The notes under the pieces are model-generated. The model ran no database searches, was not told the DNA's origin, and was given only the letters and a program-made list of their open reading frames with translations. From Neophaeotheca triangularis (lineage: Eukaryota), in NCBI GenBank assembly GCA_054600435.1, contig BAAIJX010000051.1, forward strand, positions 124,001-161,469: a stretch of 37,469 nt of DNA. The letters run 5' to 3'. The position numbers were made by a program, and so were the translations under genes. Positions 1-11,114 of the stretch are shown here, in pieces; the stretch's first letter is position 1; every line of letters begins with the position of its first letter.

Positions 1-452
1 TCCTCTCGATCTTGCCCTCTCCGAAGAGAGTGATTGGCTCGCCGCGCTTGCGCAGCTCGAGCTTGACGTCGTTGTCGGCTGTAGGAATGTGCATCTGACG
101 CATGCGCTTATTGCGATCGAGCGCCTCGGCGGCAGCCATCCTCTGCGCATCGTACTGCGCCGGGTTTTGCTCTTGGAACGTGTAAGTGAAGTGAACTTTC
201 TCCACCTCTGGGGGAGGAGAGTCCTTACCCAGATCATGCATAGACACTCCCTCCTCGTCCTACGGTCATCAAGGTTAGTATGCTGTTGCGCCATGCCTCT
301 CACGCCGCTTTCTTCTCCAGCCTCACGCGACGGCTCTTCTTCTGCTGCGCAATCTGTGTGAGGAGCCGCCTGAGCATGAGGTACGGTGGGTACTGGCTTA
401 CCTTGCTATTGCCTTCCTCCACGTACGCCTGCCGAGACGGATGGATTGCCAT
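1..452 (-). CDS. PRP4: U4/U6 snRNP protein Prp4, 5' part (runs off the window start)
   Basis: ATG at 452 gives MAIHPSRQAYVEEGNSK. GTAAGC donor at 401; TACTAAC branch and TAG acceptor at 260. The next exon reads ...HIPTADNDVKLELRKRGEPITLFGEGKIER, matching the PRP4/SFM motif (PTDD..V...LR..GEPITLFGE). Confidence 0.85.
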
Positions 453-1233
453 TGTTGTGGTTGTGCTGGCGGTAGTCTCGGTGTGGTGGTGGTGAGGTTC
501 GTTGTCGCAAAAGTTGAAGATTCCGGAACGCGGGTCGTGTTCCAACATCGAAGATGAGCTAAGCATGCATCGCGCTAGTGACTAGCGTAAAGTGAGCTTT
601 AATCGATAAGCGAGCAGATATCTCTTGGCGCTACATATCTCGTTCCCTGGGGGCTACCCTCAAAAGGTGCAGCGGTACGGATACCAATCAGTGTCTTTTC
701 TCCTAACGACTGAGCTGCACATCTCATCGAATATATCTGCCAAGAGCACGTTTGCGTGTGGATTTGTGCCTGGTAATATCGCCCCCCCGGCTAGTATAAC
801 GTAGATACAATGAGGACTATGGTCTAAAGGCAGGCAGATAGATTGACCATGATCGGGGCTTGCGCTCCATGTTGTCAAGTTTGGTCAGCTAGAGTATCAC
901 TAAAAAGGCGAGTTGCTGCTTGCTGTCTAGCTTGCATTGGGTCAAATTGAATTTTCCACCCAATCGATGAAGCGGCAGCAAGCTGTACGCAGCGACCGAA
1001 GGAATATTCAATGACCTCCTCGGCCGAGGTCTGGAGGCCGGAAGTCAACAGCAAGCCAGGCTGCCCGCTAAGAGCCACGGCTCTATGTTTTCTTCGGCCA
1101 CAGTGGAAGAAGGCATTCGAACCTTGAGCAGAAGCCCGGATAAGGTTCTGCTGCAACCCACGTGGTGAGGATGCAGCATACTTCTTAAAAGCCTGATGGC
1201 AAACGTATTCGATTGGAACCTCATACGATCTGT

Positions 1234-2353
1234 CTAATCGAAATAAGAAGAGTATGCGTTCAGAGCAGGTTGACCTCCCAGATGCACATACAATACATTG
1301 CTGCCCTTTGCAATCGTCCCCTCTTTGATCAGCTGAACCATACCGGCCATACTCTTTCCCTCGTACACAGGATCCGTGATGAGAGCATCAGTCTGCGCCG
1401 CGAGCTTCATAGCCTCGATAGTGCTGGGTCCTGGAATACCGTAGATACCCTCATGGAACCGCTCGTCGAGAATGATAGCGTCGTCGGGGATCTGGAGCTC
1501 GGGATCCAGGAGGTTGGCAGTCCGGCGCGCAATTCTCGCCACTTGATCTTTCGTCTCCGCAGGCTTGCCGGAAGCGTCGATGCCGATAACTTTCCTGCCC
1601 TTGCCCTCGGCCACTGCTCCCGTCAGGAGACCGGCATGCGACGATCCCGTGACGCTGCAGACGATGAGCGTGTCGAAGTAAATGCCCATCTGCTTCTCCT
1701 GTTCGGCCAATTCGACGACAAAGTTTGTGAAACCCAAGCCGCCGAGTTCGTGATCAGAAGCGCCCGCTGGGACGTAGTAGGGCTTGCCGCCTTTTTCGAC
1801 GACACTATCCATAGCTTCCTTGGTGGCGGTTTTGTGGCCGATGTGGAAGCCCTCCTGGTTGAGGCGGACATCGCCACCCATTATGCGCGACAAGAGGATG
1901 TTGCCGGTCTTTTCATAGAGTGGGGGATCAATTGGTACCCATTTTTCCTGAACCGTGACCGCTTTAAGACCACTGGCGGTAGCGACTGCGGTCACGGCTC
2001 TTGTGTGGTTGCTCTGGACGCCGCCAACGGACACGAGGGTGTCGCAGCTCTGAGCCAGTGCGTCGGCAACCAGGTACTCGAGTTTGCGGACCTTGTTGCC
2101 GCCGTAAGCCAGCCCACTGTTTGTTCGTTAGGGGTTATCGCTCTGTGAATCACACTTTACGGTGGCCATGTTCGCTCAAGGTCACCTACCTGTTGCAGTC
2201 ATCTCGTTTTGCGTAAATCTTGACTCCTCCATCAGGCGAAACAGTCTTGCTGAGACGAGGAAGCTCCTGTATCGGCGAGGGACCGAAAAGGAAGCTTTGT
2301 CTCGGGATGCTCTTCAGCTTCTCGATATAAGCGGGGCTTGTTGTTGTTGCCAT
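1234..2353 (-). CDS. acdS: 1-aminocyclopropane-1-carboxylate (ACC) deaminase, about 348 aa, 1 intron (2189-2117)
   Basis: Spliced product has [30 protein letters not shown] (PLP lysine), [28 protein letters not shown] and [12 protein letters not shown]. The Glu in YEGKS and the Leu in HLGG are the residues that distinguish true ACC deaminases from D-cysteine desulfhydrases. Confidence 0.95.
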
Positions 2354-2792
2354 TGCGAACGTAATTACTTTCAGCTGCAGTCTTTCTTCCAGGAAATGAT
2401 ATCTAAATAGGCTATGTCCACTGTGAGAAACAAGTTGCACTTTCTATAGATGTCGAGGTCCCTCCTATGTCGGAGGTTGTCCGTGACTCGCGGGCAAAGG
2501 CAGCATTCGTCTATCTCTGGACCCCGCAGGACTAGTCGAATAGTCTCACGCCATGCGTTCTTCTCGTGGAGATATACGTATCGGAGTACTACTAGCACTA
2601 TCGCATTGTCGCAGCTCTCTGTCGTTTAGATATCTTTGTCATTACGTACAAAGTTGCCAGGGCTTCGACAGACAGTTGTCCATATACATCCCCGCAATCG
2701 CCGCCTTGGTGAACGTTTGCCGACGAACTACAGAGAGAGCATCTATAGCCAAGAAGTCACAAGACCGACTCTCGACCATCATCACCCGCTTC

Positions 2793-4671
2793 TCACATTG
2801 AGTACCTGAACCTCGGGTTTTCGAAGTCCGTCAAGTCTTGAATCGCATCGCTCTCGGCTTCCTCGCCCAGCTCCCCGGTCCTTGCCCTCTGCTCTCCGGC
2901 TTCACCATCACGCTTCTTGTTGCGGTAGGTTAAAAGAGCACGCAGCACGAAACTAAGAACGACCTGCCCAATGGCACATGCCAGACACACGGATGCGCCG
3001 GTGGAATAGGTCGGAGCCTCTTCTGCCAGCCAAGCGTGAGGGCCGATGATATTGCCTTTGGAGTGTCGTTGTCAGTAAATGGAACGGCCCCCTGTGGATA
3101 CATAAGCGACTCACCAGCGCAATAACCAAGGAACACAAACGCCGTCGCCGTCACACGCTTAGTGTATCCGCCGACGTTGGTGGCAGGCAGCTGAAGCGCA
3201 AGTACCAAGCTTGCAACGTATGATGCGACGATGTAGTAAGCCAGCAGCATTCCGTTCCCGGCGGCGTCGTAGTCCATTTTCCAGAGCATCGAGAGGCCGA
3301 TGATGGTTGGACATAGGTACAAAGCCATGACATAGGTGCGGATGTTGTGGAAGCGACTGGCAAGGAATGGACCGGAGAAAACGAAGACGACTTGGAAAGC
3401 GCCTTGCGGGATGCCGTAGAGCGTTGTTAGAAGGGAGTCGTCGTTTGCAATACCCTTAACGACAAGCTTGCCAAAGTTGGCAATGCCTCCGTTCTGTAGT
3501 GGCCGATGGAGTAAGCTTGGGTTGCTCTGCGGTGAAATGGTTTTACAGTAAGATTACTTACGACAGTCTCGTTGAGTAGAGTAAACCAAAAAAGAAGCCA
3601 AATTTGGGGATCGGTCAACGCCTCTTTGATCTGATACCATTTGATCTTCGGGTTGTAGACGCCTGTCTGATTTTGCCTCGACCGCGCAATCAAGCGAGCC
3701 TTCTCGTCGTGGTTAAACTGCTTCGCAGACATGATGTTGTTCGGAAGGCGGAGGAGGAGTAGGATACCCCAGCAAACAGTGCAGCCACCGCAGATGATGT
3801 ATATGGCCCTCCACACGGCCAACCCTTTCGAAAACCCTACCTAATACCGTGTCAGCGACGTCAACGCAGCAGTGCTCATGTAGTGCTTACGCAATAGAAG
3901 AGAATTCCCCCGACACTGGACCCTACGCCGTTGAAGCAGTAGAACAGGCCTGCGCGAGCCGGCTGCTCTCGACGGGTGTAAAACTGTCCGACAATCATCA
4001 TGAATGTCGGTGTGACCAAAGACTCGCAGCAGCCCAGGAGGAAACGTGTGATCGCTAACCCCATGAAGTTGTGGCATGCGGCGGTTATTAGCATAATGCA
4101 TCCCCACGCGATGACAAATATGGAGATCACTCGACCGGTGGGAAAATGCTGCGCAAGGTAGGAAGCCGGCCATTCGAAGAAAAGGTAGCCTTCATTGCGG
4201 AATTAACATTAGCTCTGATCGCTTGACATGACAAAGGAAGCTTGACAAACCAAAATAGAAGATGCTAGCAAGCCATGAGTACTCGTATGATGTCGTGCCA
4301 GTCGTTTCAAAGAGGTCAAATACGGCTGAATAAGACAACGCCTGCCTGCTGTTAGACAACAATGAATACCACCAACTACCAAGCCTGCCTACCTGCTTAT
4401 CGATGTACTGGAGCATATAAGTACCACAAAGCAACGGCATCAATGTCCAGTCGACACGTCGACGGAGCTTCTTCATCGCTAGCTCGTCCTGTAACGCCTC
4501 ATTGAGGTAGGCGTGCGAGAAGCCATGTTCTTGTAAGAATTGCTCTGCTTTGTCGGTGCTCTTGATCTCGCCCGTTTTGATGTCCTCCGGGATCTCTTCG
4601 ACTGAAACGTGTTTCTTGTCATCGCTGATTGAGTGACGAGGTTTGTCAGTCATATCGATAGACTGAGACAT
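2793..4671 (-). CDS. MFS transporter, Dal5/allantoate permease (ACS) family, about 529 aa, 6 exons (4671-4393, 4341-4251, 4189-3891, 3840-3562, 3493-3115, 3055-2793)
   Basis: Motifs RRVDWTLMP..TYMLQYIDKQALSYSAVF, YSWLASIFYFGY..EWP, RFLLG..E, FYTRREQP.R, WYQIKEALTDPQIW, NVGGYTKR, GNIIGP and C-terminal DLTDFENPRFRY. All introns are GT..AG and the exons join in frame. Confidence 0.92.
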
Positions 4672-4891
4672 GGTAGTCGATTGTGTTGTCAATGCAGAGG
4701 GACCTTAAGCTGCAACCGAACGAGGTGTACGAGAACGGAGGTATCGGTTTGCCTAGTAGACTCCCCATCGACCTATATATCTTCGAGCTTCCATTCTGTT
4801 GGATGACGATCTCGCCAAGTACCAGTCAGGGACCAGGGTTCCCTCAGCCTGGCAACGCATGCCAGGAGCGTGTCGCTGTCGTTGATTCCCG

Positions 4892-5154
4892 TTATCATCC
4901 TACCCAGGAAGCTGAGCTTTTCGGCATACCACGGTGGGGTCGACGGTGCCGGCAAATGCAGCTCGTATCAATACACTGTGGATACCTCCAGCCATAGACG
5001 TTGATAGTGAAAGCCTCCCCACACGAAGCAATGGAGAAGCGATCCGCTTTCATGCTTGAACTCCACCTTGTTCCCAGCCCTATCTTCCCCGATGATGAGC
5101 CGGTCCAGGGTGTCGGTATATGTATCTGATAAGGTAATGTACACTGGTAGATAG
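4892..5154. promoter_or_regulatory. Cluster of HGATAR (GATA factor, AreA/NIT2-type) sites in the divergent permease/esterase promoter
   Basis: TTATCA 4892, TGATAG 5002, CTATCT 5080, TGATAA 5127 and AGATAG 5149, i.e. five sites in about 260 bp. The regulatory role is inferred. Confidence 0.4.
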
Positions 5155-5423
5155 TAGAGTGTTGGTATCGAGGGAGTTCTTGCTACGACCTGCGAGAACG
5201 GAGCTGGCATCCCCGATATCATACACGTTCGAACGGAGTCTGATACGGCCGACGGCGCGACGGCGCGAGCCCAAGCTTGCATTTTGCCAACTGTCCAGAG
5301 ATGAGATACTAGTCGTTGGTGTCGGTTGGAGTTTCTAATTCTTGCTGATTGTTGCAATCTCACCCTCATCTATTGCATCTAGCATCTCCTCAGGTATCTT
5401 TCGAAGAGCTTCAGCATTCCAGC

Positions 5424-7058
5424 ATGGCCACGAATCAACCAACCGTGGTGTTGAAACAAGGAACCTACAAAGGAAAGCTTGACCAAAACCCAGACTACCC
5501 AGTCCCCATCGAAGCCTGGCTCGGCATCCGCTACGCTCAAGCGCCTCTGGGCGAGCTTCGATTCGCGCGTCCCAAACCACTCCCGGCCAGCAACGACACC
5601 CTTGCCGCCACAGAGTTTGGATACCGCTGTCCGGGCAAGCAACTGCTAGCGGTAACCAACCTGCCAGAACCCAGCGAAGATTGCTTGACCGTCAATGTCT
5701 TCAGACAGCAGGACTCCGGGAATGCGAAGCCGTTGCCGGTGATGGTGTATCTGCACGGCGGAGCTTTCAATCGCGGTACCGCTGCCATGCACAACACCGG
5801 CGGCATGGTGGCGCATTCGGCCGAGCCCTTCATCGGCGTCAGCTTCAACTACCGCCTCGGCGCGTTGGGGTTCTTGAACTCACAGCTCACCGCCAAGGAA
5901 GGAGTGTTGAATCTCGGATTGCACGATCAACGGCTGTTGATGGAATGGGTTCAGGAGAACATTGCGGCCTTTGGCGGCGACGCTGATAATGTTACTTTGG
6001 TTGGCCTTAGCGCTGGAGCTCATTCGATCGCGCATCATATCATGAACGTCAATGAGAAAAGGGAGCTTTTCCACAAAGCTGTCATTGAGTCTGGCGCCTC
6101 GACTTCGCGAGCCGTGCATCCCTTTGACAGCAAACTGCACGAAGCGCAATTCCAGGAGTTTCTGCAAGCCGCTGGATGCCCGGAGGGTATTCACGGAAGA
6201 GAAATCATGATGTTCCTGAGGCAACTTCCAACCGAGATCGTGCAAGCCGCGCAAACAAAAGTCTTCAATGCCTACAATCCCTCCATCAGATGGGCCTGGC
6301 AACCCGTCATAGATGGCGAGATTATAAGTCGACGTCCTATTGATGCCTGGAAGTCCGGCGACTGGCATAAAGTCCCCATCATAACGGGTTTCAACCACAA
6401 CGAAGGCAGCATGTACGTCCCAAAGACCATGTCGCAAAGCACAGACTTCCGGGACTTCTTCGCCACCCTCCTACCACAGCTAACTCCAGCCGATCTCGAG
6501 ACCCTCGACACACTCTACCCGGACCCGGCGAAAGATGCAAATTCTTCCTATGTAGAAAGACGTGATTCGAGCTTCGGCCTGGGTCCGCAGTACAAGCGCG
6601 TCGAAGCCGCTTACGGCCAATACGCGTACGTGGCGCCGGTGCGGCAAACCGCCCAGCTGGCTAGCAAAGGCCAAGGACCGCCAGTCTATCTGTACCACTG
6701 GGCTTTGCAAAGCTCAATCGCCAACGGCGCCAATCATGGAGACCAAATGTGGTATGAAGGAATGGATAAGACGTTAAGGAAGGTTTCCCCTACGCACGAG
6801 CAAGTGGCGAGATATTTCCACGACTATGTCTGCAGCTTTATCGTCGCTGGGGACCCTAATGCGGTCAAAGGGGCTTCGAGCCACCGACCTGAATGGAATG
6901 CTTTCCGAGATGGTAGCAAGACCATGGTATTTGGAGAGGGCAACGACGAGCGTATTGGAGGGAGCAAAACCGGAGTTGTGGCAGAGTGTCGAGAAGACTC
7001 GTGGGCTAGAAGAGAAGTCGATTTCTGGTGGGAGAGAAGCGAGCATACTGAAGTTTGA
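5424..7058 (+). CDS. Type-B carboxylesterase/lipase family serine hydrolase, about 544 aa, intronless, no signal peptide
   Basis: First ATG is at 5424 (the ORF-track start at 5349 is TTG). Motifs WLGIRYA..P.G.LRF, SEDCLTVNVFR, oxyanion HGGAF, NYRLGALGF, NIAAFGGD..NVTL, nucleophile GLSAG, acid NHNEG and His in GANHGD. Confidence 0.93.
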   Translation: MATNQPTVVLKQGTYKGKLDQNPDYPVPIEAWLGIRYAQAPLGELRFARPKPLPASNDTLAATEFGYRCPGKQLLAVTNLPEPSEDCLTVNVFRQQDSGNAKPLPVMVYLHGGAFNRGTAAMHNTGGMVAHSAEPFIGVSFNYRLGALGFLNSQLTAKEGVLNLGLHDQRLLMEWVQENIAAFGGDADNVTLVGLSAGAHSIAHHIMNVNEKRELFHKAVIESGASTSRAVHPFDSKLHEAQFQEFLQAAGCPEGIHGREIMMFLRQLPTEIVQAAQTKVFNAYNPSIRWAWQPVIDGEIISRRPIDAWKSGDWHKVPIITGFNHNEGSMYVPKTMSQSTDFRDFFATLLPQLTPADLETLDTLYPDPAKDANSSYVERRDSSFGLGPQYKRVEAAYGQYAYVAPVRQTAQLASKGQGPPVYLYHWALQSSIANGANHGDQMWYEGMDKTLRKVSPTHEQVARYFHDYVCSFIVAGDPNAVKGASSHRPEWNAFRDGSKTMVFGEGNDERIGGSKTGVVAECREDSWARREVDFWWERSEHTEV

Positions 7059-7124
7059 GTGTATCTCATAGCAATGCACTCGGAAATCATACCGTTCTCA
7101 GCCTTTGGCGCTCGAGCGCTTGTG

Positions 7125-9923
7125 TTAGAACACCCCATCCTCACCAATATTGAACACGCCGTTCTTTTTCCTTTCGACCGCCCAGCGCTCACACCACGCC
7201 TTCATCTTCTCCCTCGTCTTCGCATTGCCAACATTTACCGTTGGTATGATCTTCTCAATCCTCAAAGCGCAGCAAAACATCGTCAACTCTCTGAAACTCG
7301 AGTGTTCTGAATATGGCACCCCAAAGCAGCTGGCGCGGCTCGTACTTCCCCTCTGCGGCACCAAGTCCTTCATGCTATAATTGCTCCTCCAATTATCAGA
7401 ATAGAGCACAGTTTGCACAGTCGGCGAGTCAGTGAACCGCGAGGTGGGAGGTCTATAATTCCAGCCGCTTGGTCTGAAACCAACGGCGCGCGTGAAATGT
7501 GGAAAGTAGTCCTTGAGATAGTCGTCAAGCGTCTCGGCGCGGATCTCGAACAGCGGTGTCATGTGTACTTGCGCCTCACGGGGGTCCCTCGTGAGGAGAG
7601 CGTTGAGCTCAGGGTCCTCGAGCGCTGCGCAGATTCGCTGTTTGGCTGCTGGGGCGTAGATCTTGGACTTGAGTGCTTTTGCGATTCCAAGACATATGCG
7701 CTCCTTGCCGATACTGTACGTCCCTACAACGACTAGGAGGCGTCCGCGGCTGTTCTTGGTGTTTGTAGAAGATAGTATCTGCTGGCTGGCTTTTGGCGCG
7801 CGCTCGATCTTCATGCCGTCTGGGTCGACGTTCGGTTCGACTTCTTCTTGAATCTCTGGGTTTGATTCTTTGCGAACAAACTTAGCCATACCCTCGCCTG
7901 CACGTTGACGTTTCATTTGTTCCCAGCCGTCGCTTTCGTCGGGTGCGACCTTGTTCAAGCTTACACACATATCGCTACAAGCAGTGATGACGGCTTCTTG
8001 GCTCGGAAAAGCGTATTTTGGGTTCAGGTAAGTGGTGTCGAGATAGCAAACATCAATCTTTTGTTCGCGCTGCTTTCCAGTGATACTGTCCTGGACGTCA
8101 GGAATGAGCAAGGGATGCTGAATGTGTGCTTTACAGGCTCTAAAATCGCCACAATGTAAGACCCGCTGTAAACGAGGTTCCCCGTTCGACTTCTTGCCCA
8201 CGATCTTCTCGAATAGATAGAGAGACGACCCGGGGCAGTGATTGGCGGATATCATGGTAACTTTGACCCCTTTGGTGCCGGGCACTTCTACTGTTTCCTC
8301 GAAGTCGAGGCCAATAACCCACTTTGGATCTACGCGTAGTTGCTGGCGAACGAGATTGGCGGTGACACGCGAACAGTATATTGGACCATGGCACCAGGTG
8401 CTTGTCAGACCGACATAGTGATCCGAATGGAAGTGGCTTAAGAAGTATGCCTGACACCCAGCAACAGCACCGTATCGGAAAGCATCCACGCAGATGAATA
8501 GACCAGGCAGGATTTTGTAGAAAGGACACATTCGCTGATATGCGGGCTTGCCTCGGGCGGCGTGCTCAGAAGCTGCGGCAGACGCCCATGCGGCGTCCTC
8601 GGCGTGGCCGGACATCAACTGGCTGAAGGCGGATCCTCCATTGGTCGAATTAGGTTGGCTTAGTGTGAAAGGGTTTTCTTGACCAGGTTTGGGTGGCCGA
8701 ACGGGTCGTTTGAATTTCGTCGCTGGGCCGGGGCTTTCTTGCTTAAGCTGTTCTTGCTTGACTTCTCGTCTATCCGTACCGGATACAGCTGTTGAATTAT
8801 CGGCCTTGGGCAGAGGTGTTGGATTTCCGTCTAGGCAATTGTTGACATGGATAGCTGCGTCCTGCTCGCCAATTCCGCTAAGACTGACGCTGCACAGGGG
8901 GCAGGTGGTGCCTTCCGTGCCTGTATCTGCTGGACCGGGATGAGGCTGATCCAGTCCCTCGGCAGGTACATTGTCATAGTCGTCCTCGTCATCCTCCCCT
9001 TCCATCCTTGCCTGCTCTTCCATGTACCGTCTTTCCATGAACTCGTCTCCTCCCTCGAACAGGTCCTCGTCGAAATCTTCTATTCCTTCAAAGTCCTTGA
9101 ATTCGTCAATACCCGGACCATAGCTTGTCTCGTCCTTGATCAGCGGAGGACGTTGGGGGGAACCAGACCTTGATTGAGGAGCTATTGGCTTTGTGGTCGC
9201 CATTTCCGCGTTTTCGGGATGCGTGGGAAGAGTAAAGGCTTCACCCTCAGGAAGGGAAACGGTAGATTCCTGCTTTACAGCAATGACATCAGGGTCTTCC
9301 CTTTCCTCATCATATGAGTCCTGCTCCGGCTCGCTCTCAGAGTCGTCCAGAAACGGGCCCGACTGTCTTGAGATCAAGTCAGGTTTCGACGGAGTTTCTG
9401 CGTTAGACTGCGATGCAGCTTGTCCATCCGCTTCATCCAGAGAGCCTGCGCTAATCCTTCTTCTCTTGTTGGAGCCTCCAGCTTCGTTGAAACGGGTCTC
9501 TCCTTGCGTGTGTACATTGTTCATCTCTGGCTCGTCTTCTCCATTCCGGTCGCCCTGACTGCTCTGCCGCTCCCTCGACGCCCGCCCACTATCCGCAACG
9601 AACAAGCTGGAACCATCTGCCTCACTTTCCGACTTCTTAAAGAAACTCAGAATGCTACTGTTCGGCTTGCCCTTCTCTTTCCCTTTGGCACTTCCTGCAG
9701 GCTTTTTCGCGCTTCCGCTCGGGCCCTGTCGCCCAATAGTAGGAAGAGGGGTCTCTTTTCCGAGTTTCGATTTTGTGGCAGCCATCTTTGGGGGTGGAAC
9801 GACCGGTGGCACTGCGAGAGAAAAGGGCGTTTTTGGAGGTCCGCCTGGTGGCGAAGGCGGCCTACCTACAGATGGTACTGCGTGCTCGCCGCTGTCGTTA
9901 TTTTCACGAGGCTTGCGAAACAT
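7125..9923 (-). CDS. PSO2: DNA interstrand cross-link repair nuclease SNM1/PSO2 (metallo-beta-lactamase + beta-CASP, UBZ finger)
   Basis: CPFYK, VDAFRYG, FLSHFHSDHY, ANHCPGS, LHCGDFRA, YLDTTYL, GTYSIGKE and VPYSEHSS; UBZ-like CPLC...HVNNCLD. 932-aa intronless ORF. Confidence 0.95.
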   Translation of the reverse strand: MFRKPRENNDSGEHAVPSVGRPPSPPGGPPKTPFSLAVPPVVPPPKMAATKSKLGKETPLPTIGRQGPSGSAKKPAGSAKGKEKGKPNSSILSFFKKSESEADGSSLFVADSGRASRERQSSQGDRNGEDEPEMNNVHTQGETRFNEAGGSNKRRRISAGSLDEADGQAASQSNAETPSKPDLISRQSGPFLDDSESEPEQDSYDEEREDPDVIAVKQESTVSLPEGEAFTLPTHPENAEMATTKPIAPQSRSGSPQRPPLIKDETSYGPGIDEFKDFEGIEDFDEDLFEGGDEFMERRYMEEQARMEGEDDEDDYDNVPAEGLDQPHPGPADTGTEGTTCPLCSVSLSGIGEQDAAIHVNNCLDGNPTPLPKADNSTAVSGTDRREVKQEQLKQESPGPATKFKRPVRPPKPGQENPFTLSQPNSTNGGSAFSQLMSGHAEDAAWASAAASEHAARGKPAYQRMCPFYKILPGLFICVDAFRYGAVAGCQAYFLSHFHSDHYVGLTSTWCHGPIYCSRVTANLVRQQLRVDPKWVIGLDFEETVEVPGTKGVKVTMISANHCPGSSLYLFEKIVGKKSNGEPRLQRVLHCGDFRACKAHIQHPLLIPDVQDSITGKQREQKIDVCYLDTTYLNPKYAFPSQEAVITACSDMCVSLNKVAPDESDGWEQMKRQRAGEGMAKFVRKESNPEIQEEVEPNVDPDGMKIERAPKASQQILSSTNTKNSRGRLLVVVGTYSIGKERICLGIAKALKSKIYAPAAKQRICAALEDPELNALLTRDPREAQVHMTPLFEIRAETLDDYLKDYFPHFTRAVGFRPSGWNYRPPTSRFTDSPTVQTVLYSDNWRSNYSMKDLVPQRGSTSRASCFGVPYSEHSSFRELTMFCCALRIEKIIPTVNVGNAKTREKMKAWCERWAVERKKNGVFNIGEDGVF

Positions 9924-10037
9924 GTCACGGATGTAAGGTCCATGCTAAGCGTGCAGATGGGGCATTGTTGTCGGATCGTTGTCAACCGTTCAAAGGCGAT
10001 CTCAGGTAGGTAGTACCTATACGTGCATTCAATGTAA

Positions 10038-10051
10038 ACGCGAAAACGCGA
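10038..10051. promoter_or_regulatory. Tandem MCB/SCB-like elements (ACGCGAAAACGCGA) upstream of PSO2
   Basis: Two ACGCG cores and a CGCGAAA about 115 bp upstream of the PSO2 ATG, typical of MBF-regulated DNA repair genes in ascomycetes. Confidence 0.5.
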
Positions 10052-11114
10052 CTTCCCGTGACGTCGTTGGATGATTCTAGCTTTCTATTCGCGGAAATCG
10101 TACAGCGCTAGCCTATGGCTGGTCGTACACACATGTCCGTTGAGAACGCGGCCAAGCGGCTTCGTTGACAACACAGTCACGGGCGTCCATATTCCTTATT
10201 CCTCGCTTCAAACAGATGAGGAGCAAAATGGCCGGGCTCTCCCCCGTCGATAAGGGAAGTTTTTCAAGGTTCAGCTACAATACTCTTCTTGCGGATTTCC
10301 TCACAGGCGGGCTGCATAACAATTTGCTGCTCTCCCCATCAACGAAGTGTCCATTAGCTAGCGCGGGTTCTTGGCACGCCGCAACCACCGCATCGACGTG
10401 CCCAGGTGGTGGTGATCAGCCCGTGTACCAAGACCAATAGGCGACTGCGCTTCAGCCCCTCTGTCTCTACAAACACTCAACAACACCTTCTGTATCCCTG
10501 CCACTCTCGGTCTAGGACAGCATAGCGTTCTGCAGATTCATCGACATTTGACACCTTCCCGGCCTCTGCCCAGCTTTTTCTCCGCTTTGCCATGGCTCGC
10601 GATGTCTTTGGTGGGGTCCTTATCAGGAAGGTCTCCATGTTCTGTTAGTCAAAGCGGCACTCAGTCATCGGCTAGAGAACACCCTTATCCTTCAGTCAAG
10701 GTGGCAGGCAGCCATCAGGGTAGGCGATCAAACGAGTGTGTTTGCGGCAGGCTTAAAGAGAGCGTTGCAAAAGGAGCAGTCTGTAGACTCCTGCGCAGGC
10801 CGTGTCAGCGGAAACGGGTATGGCATTGAATAACGGCACCGGTAAACAAACGCTACGCCTGTAGCGCAAGCATAGGAGAGCTGTCAAGACAGGATCGAAA
10901 TAAGCGAGCTACTCTTCCTGCTCCTCTGCCTTCCGGTCACCGCGAGTGCCAACACCATTGAAGAGTGGTTGGTGGCTACAGCAGCGTTCTTGGCAGGAAA
11001 GGTAGGTGGTTGGAAAATGGACTATGAGCTACTCGGGCTGCTTTGAACATATAAAGGCCTCAAGGTCGATCCCATTGAAGAAGATGGCCTCAAGCAAAGC
11101 CAACAGCAGCCACA

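Noticed and set aside
660..1156. Short minus-strand ORFs between PRP4 and acdS
   Set aside because: Non-ATG starts and no recognisable motifs; the stretch fits acdS 3' flank and PRP4 promoter sequence.
1213..2148. 311-aa + strand ORF overlapping ACC deaminase
   Set aside because: Antisense shadow of a codon-biased gene, with a TTG start and no recognisable motifs.
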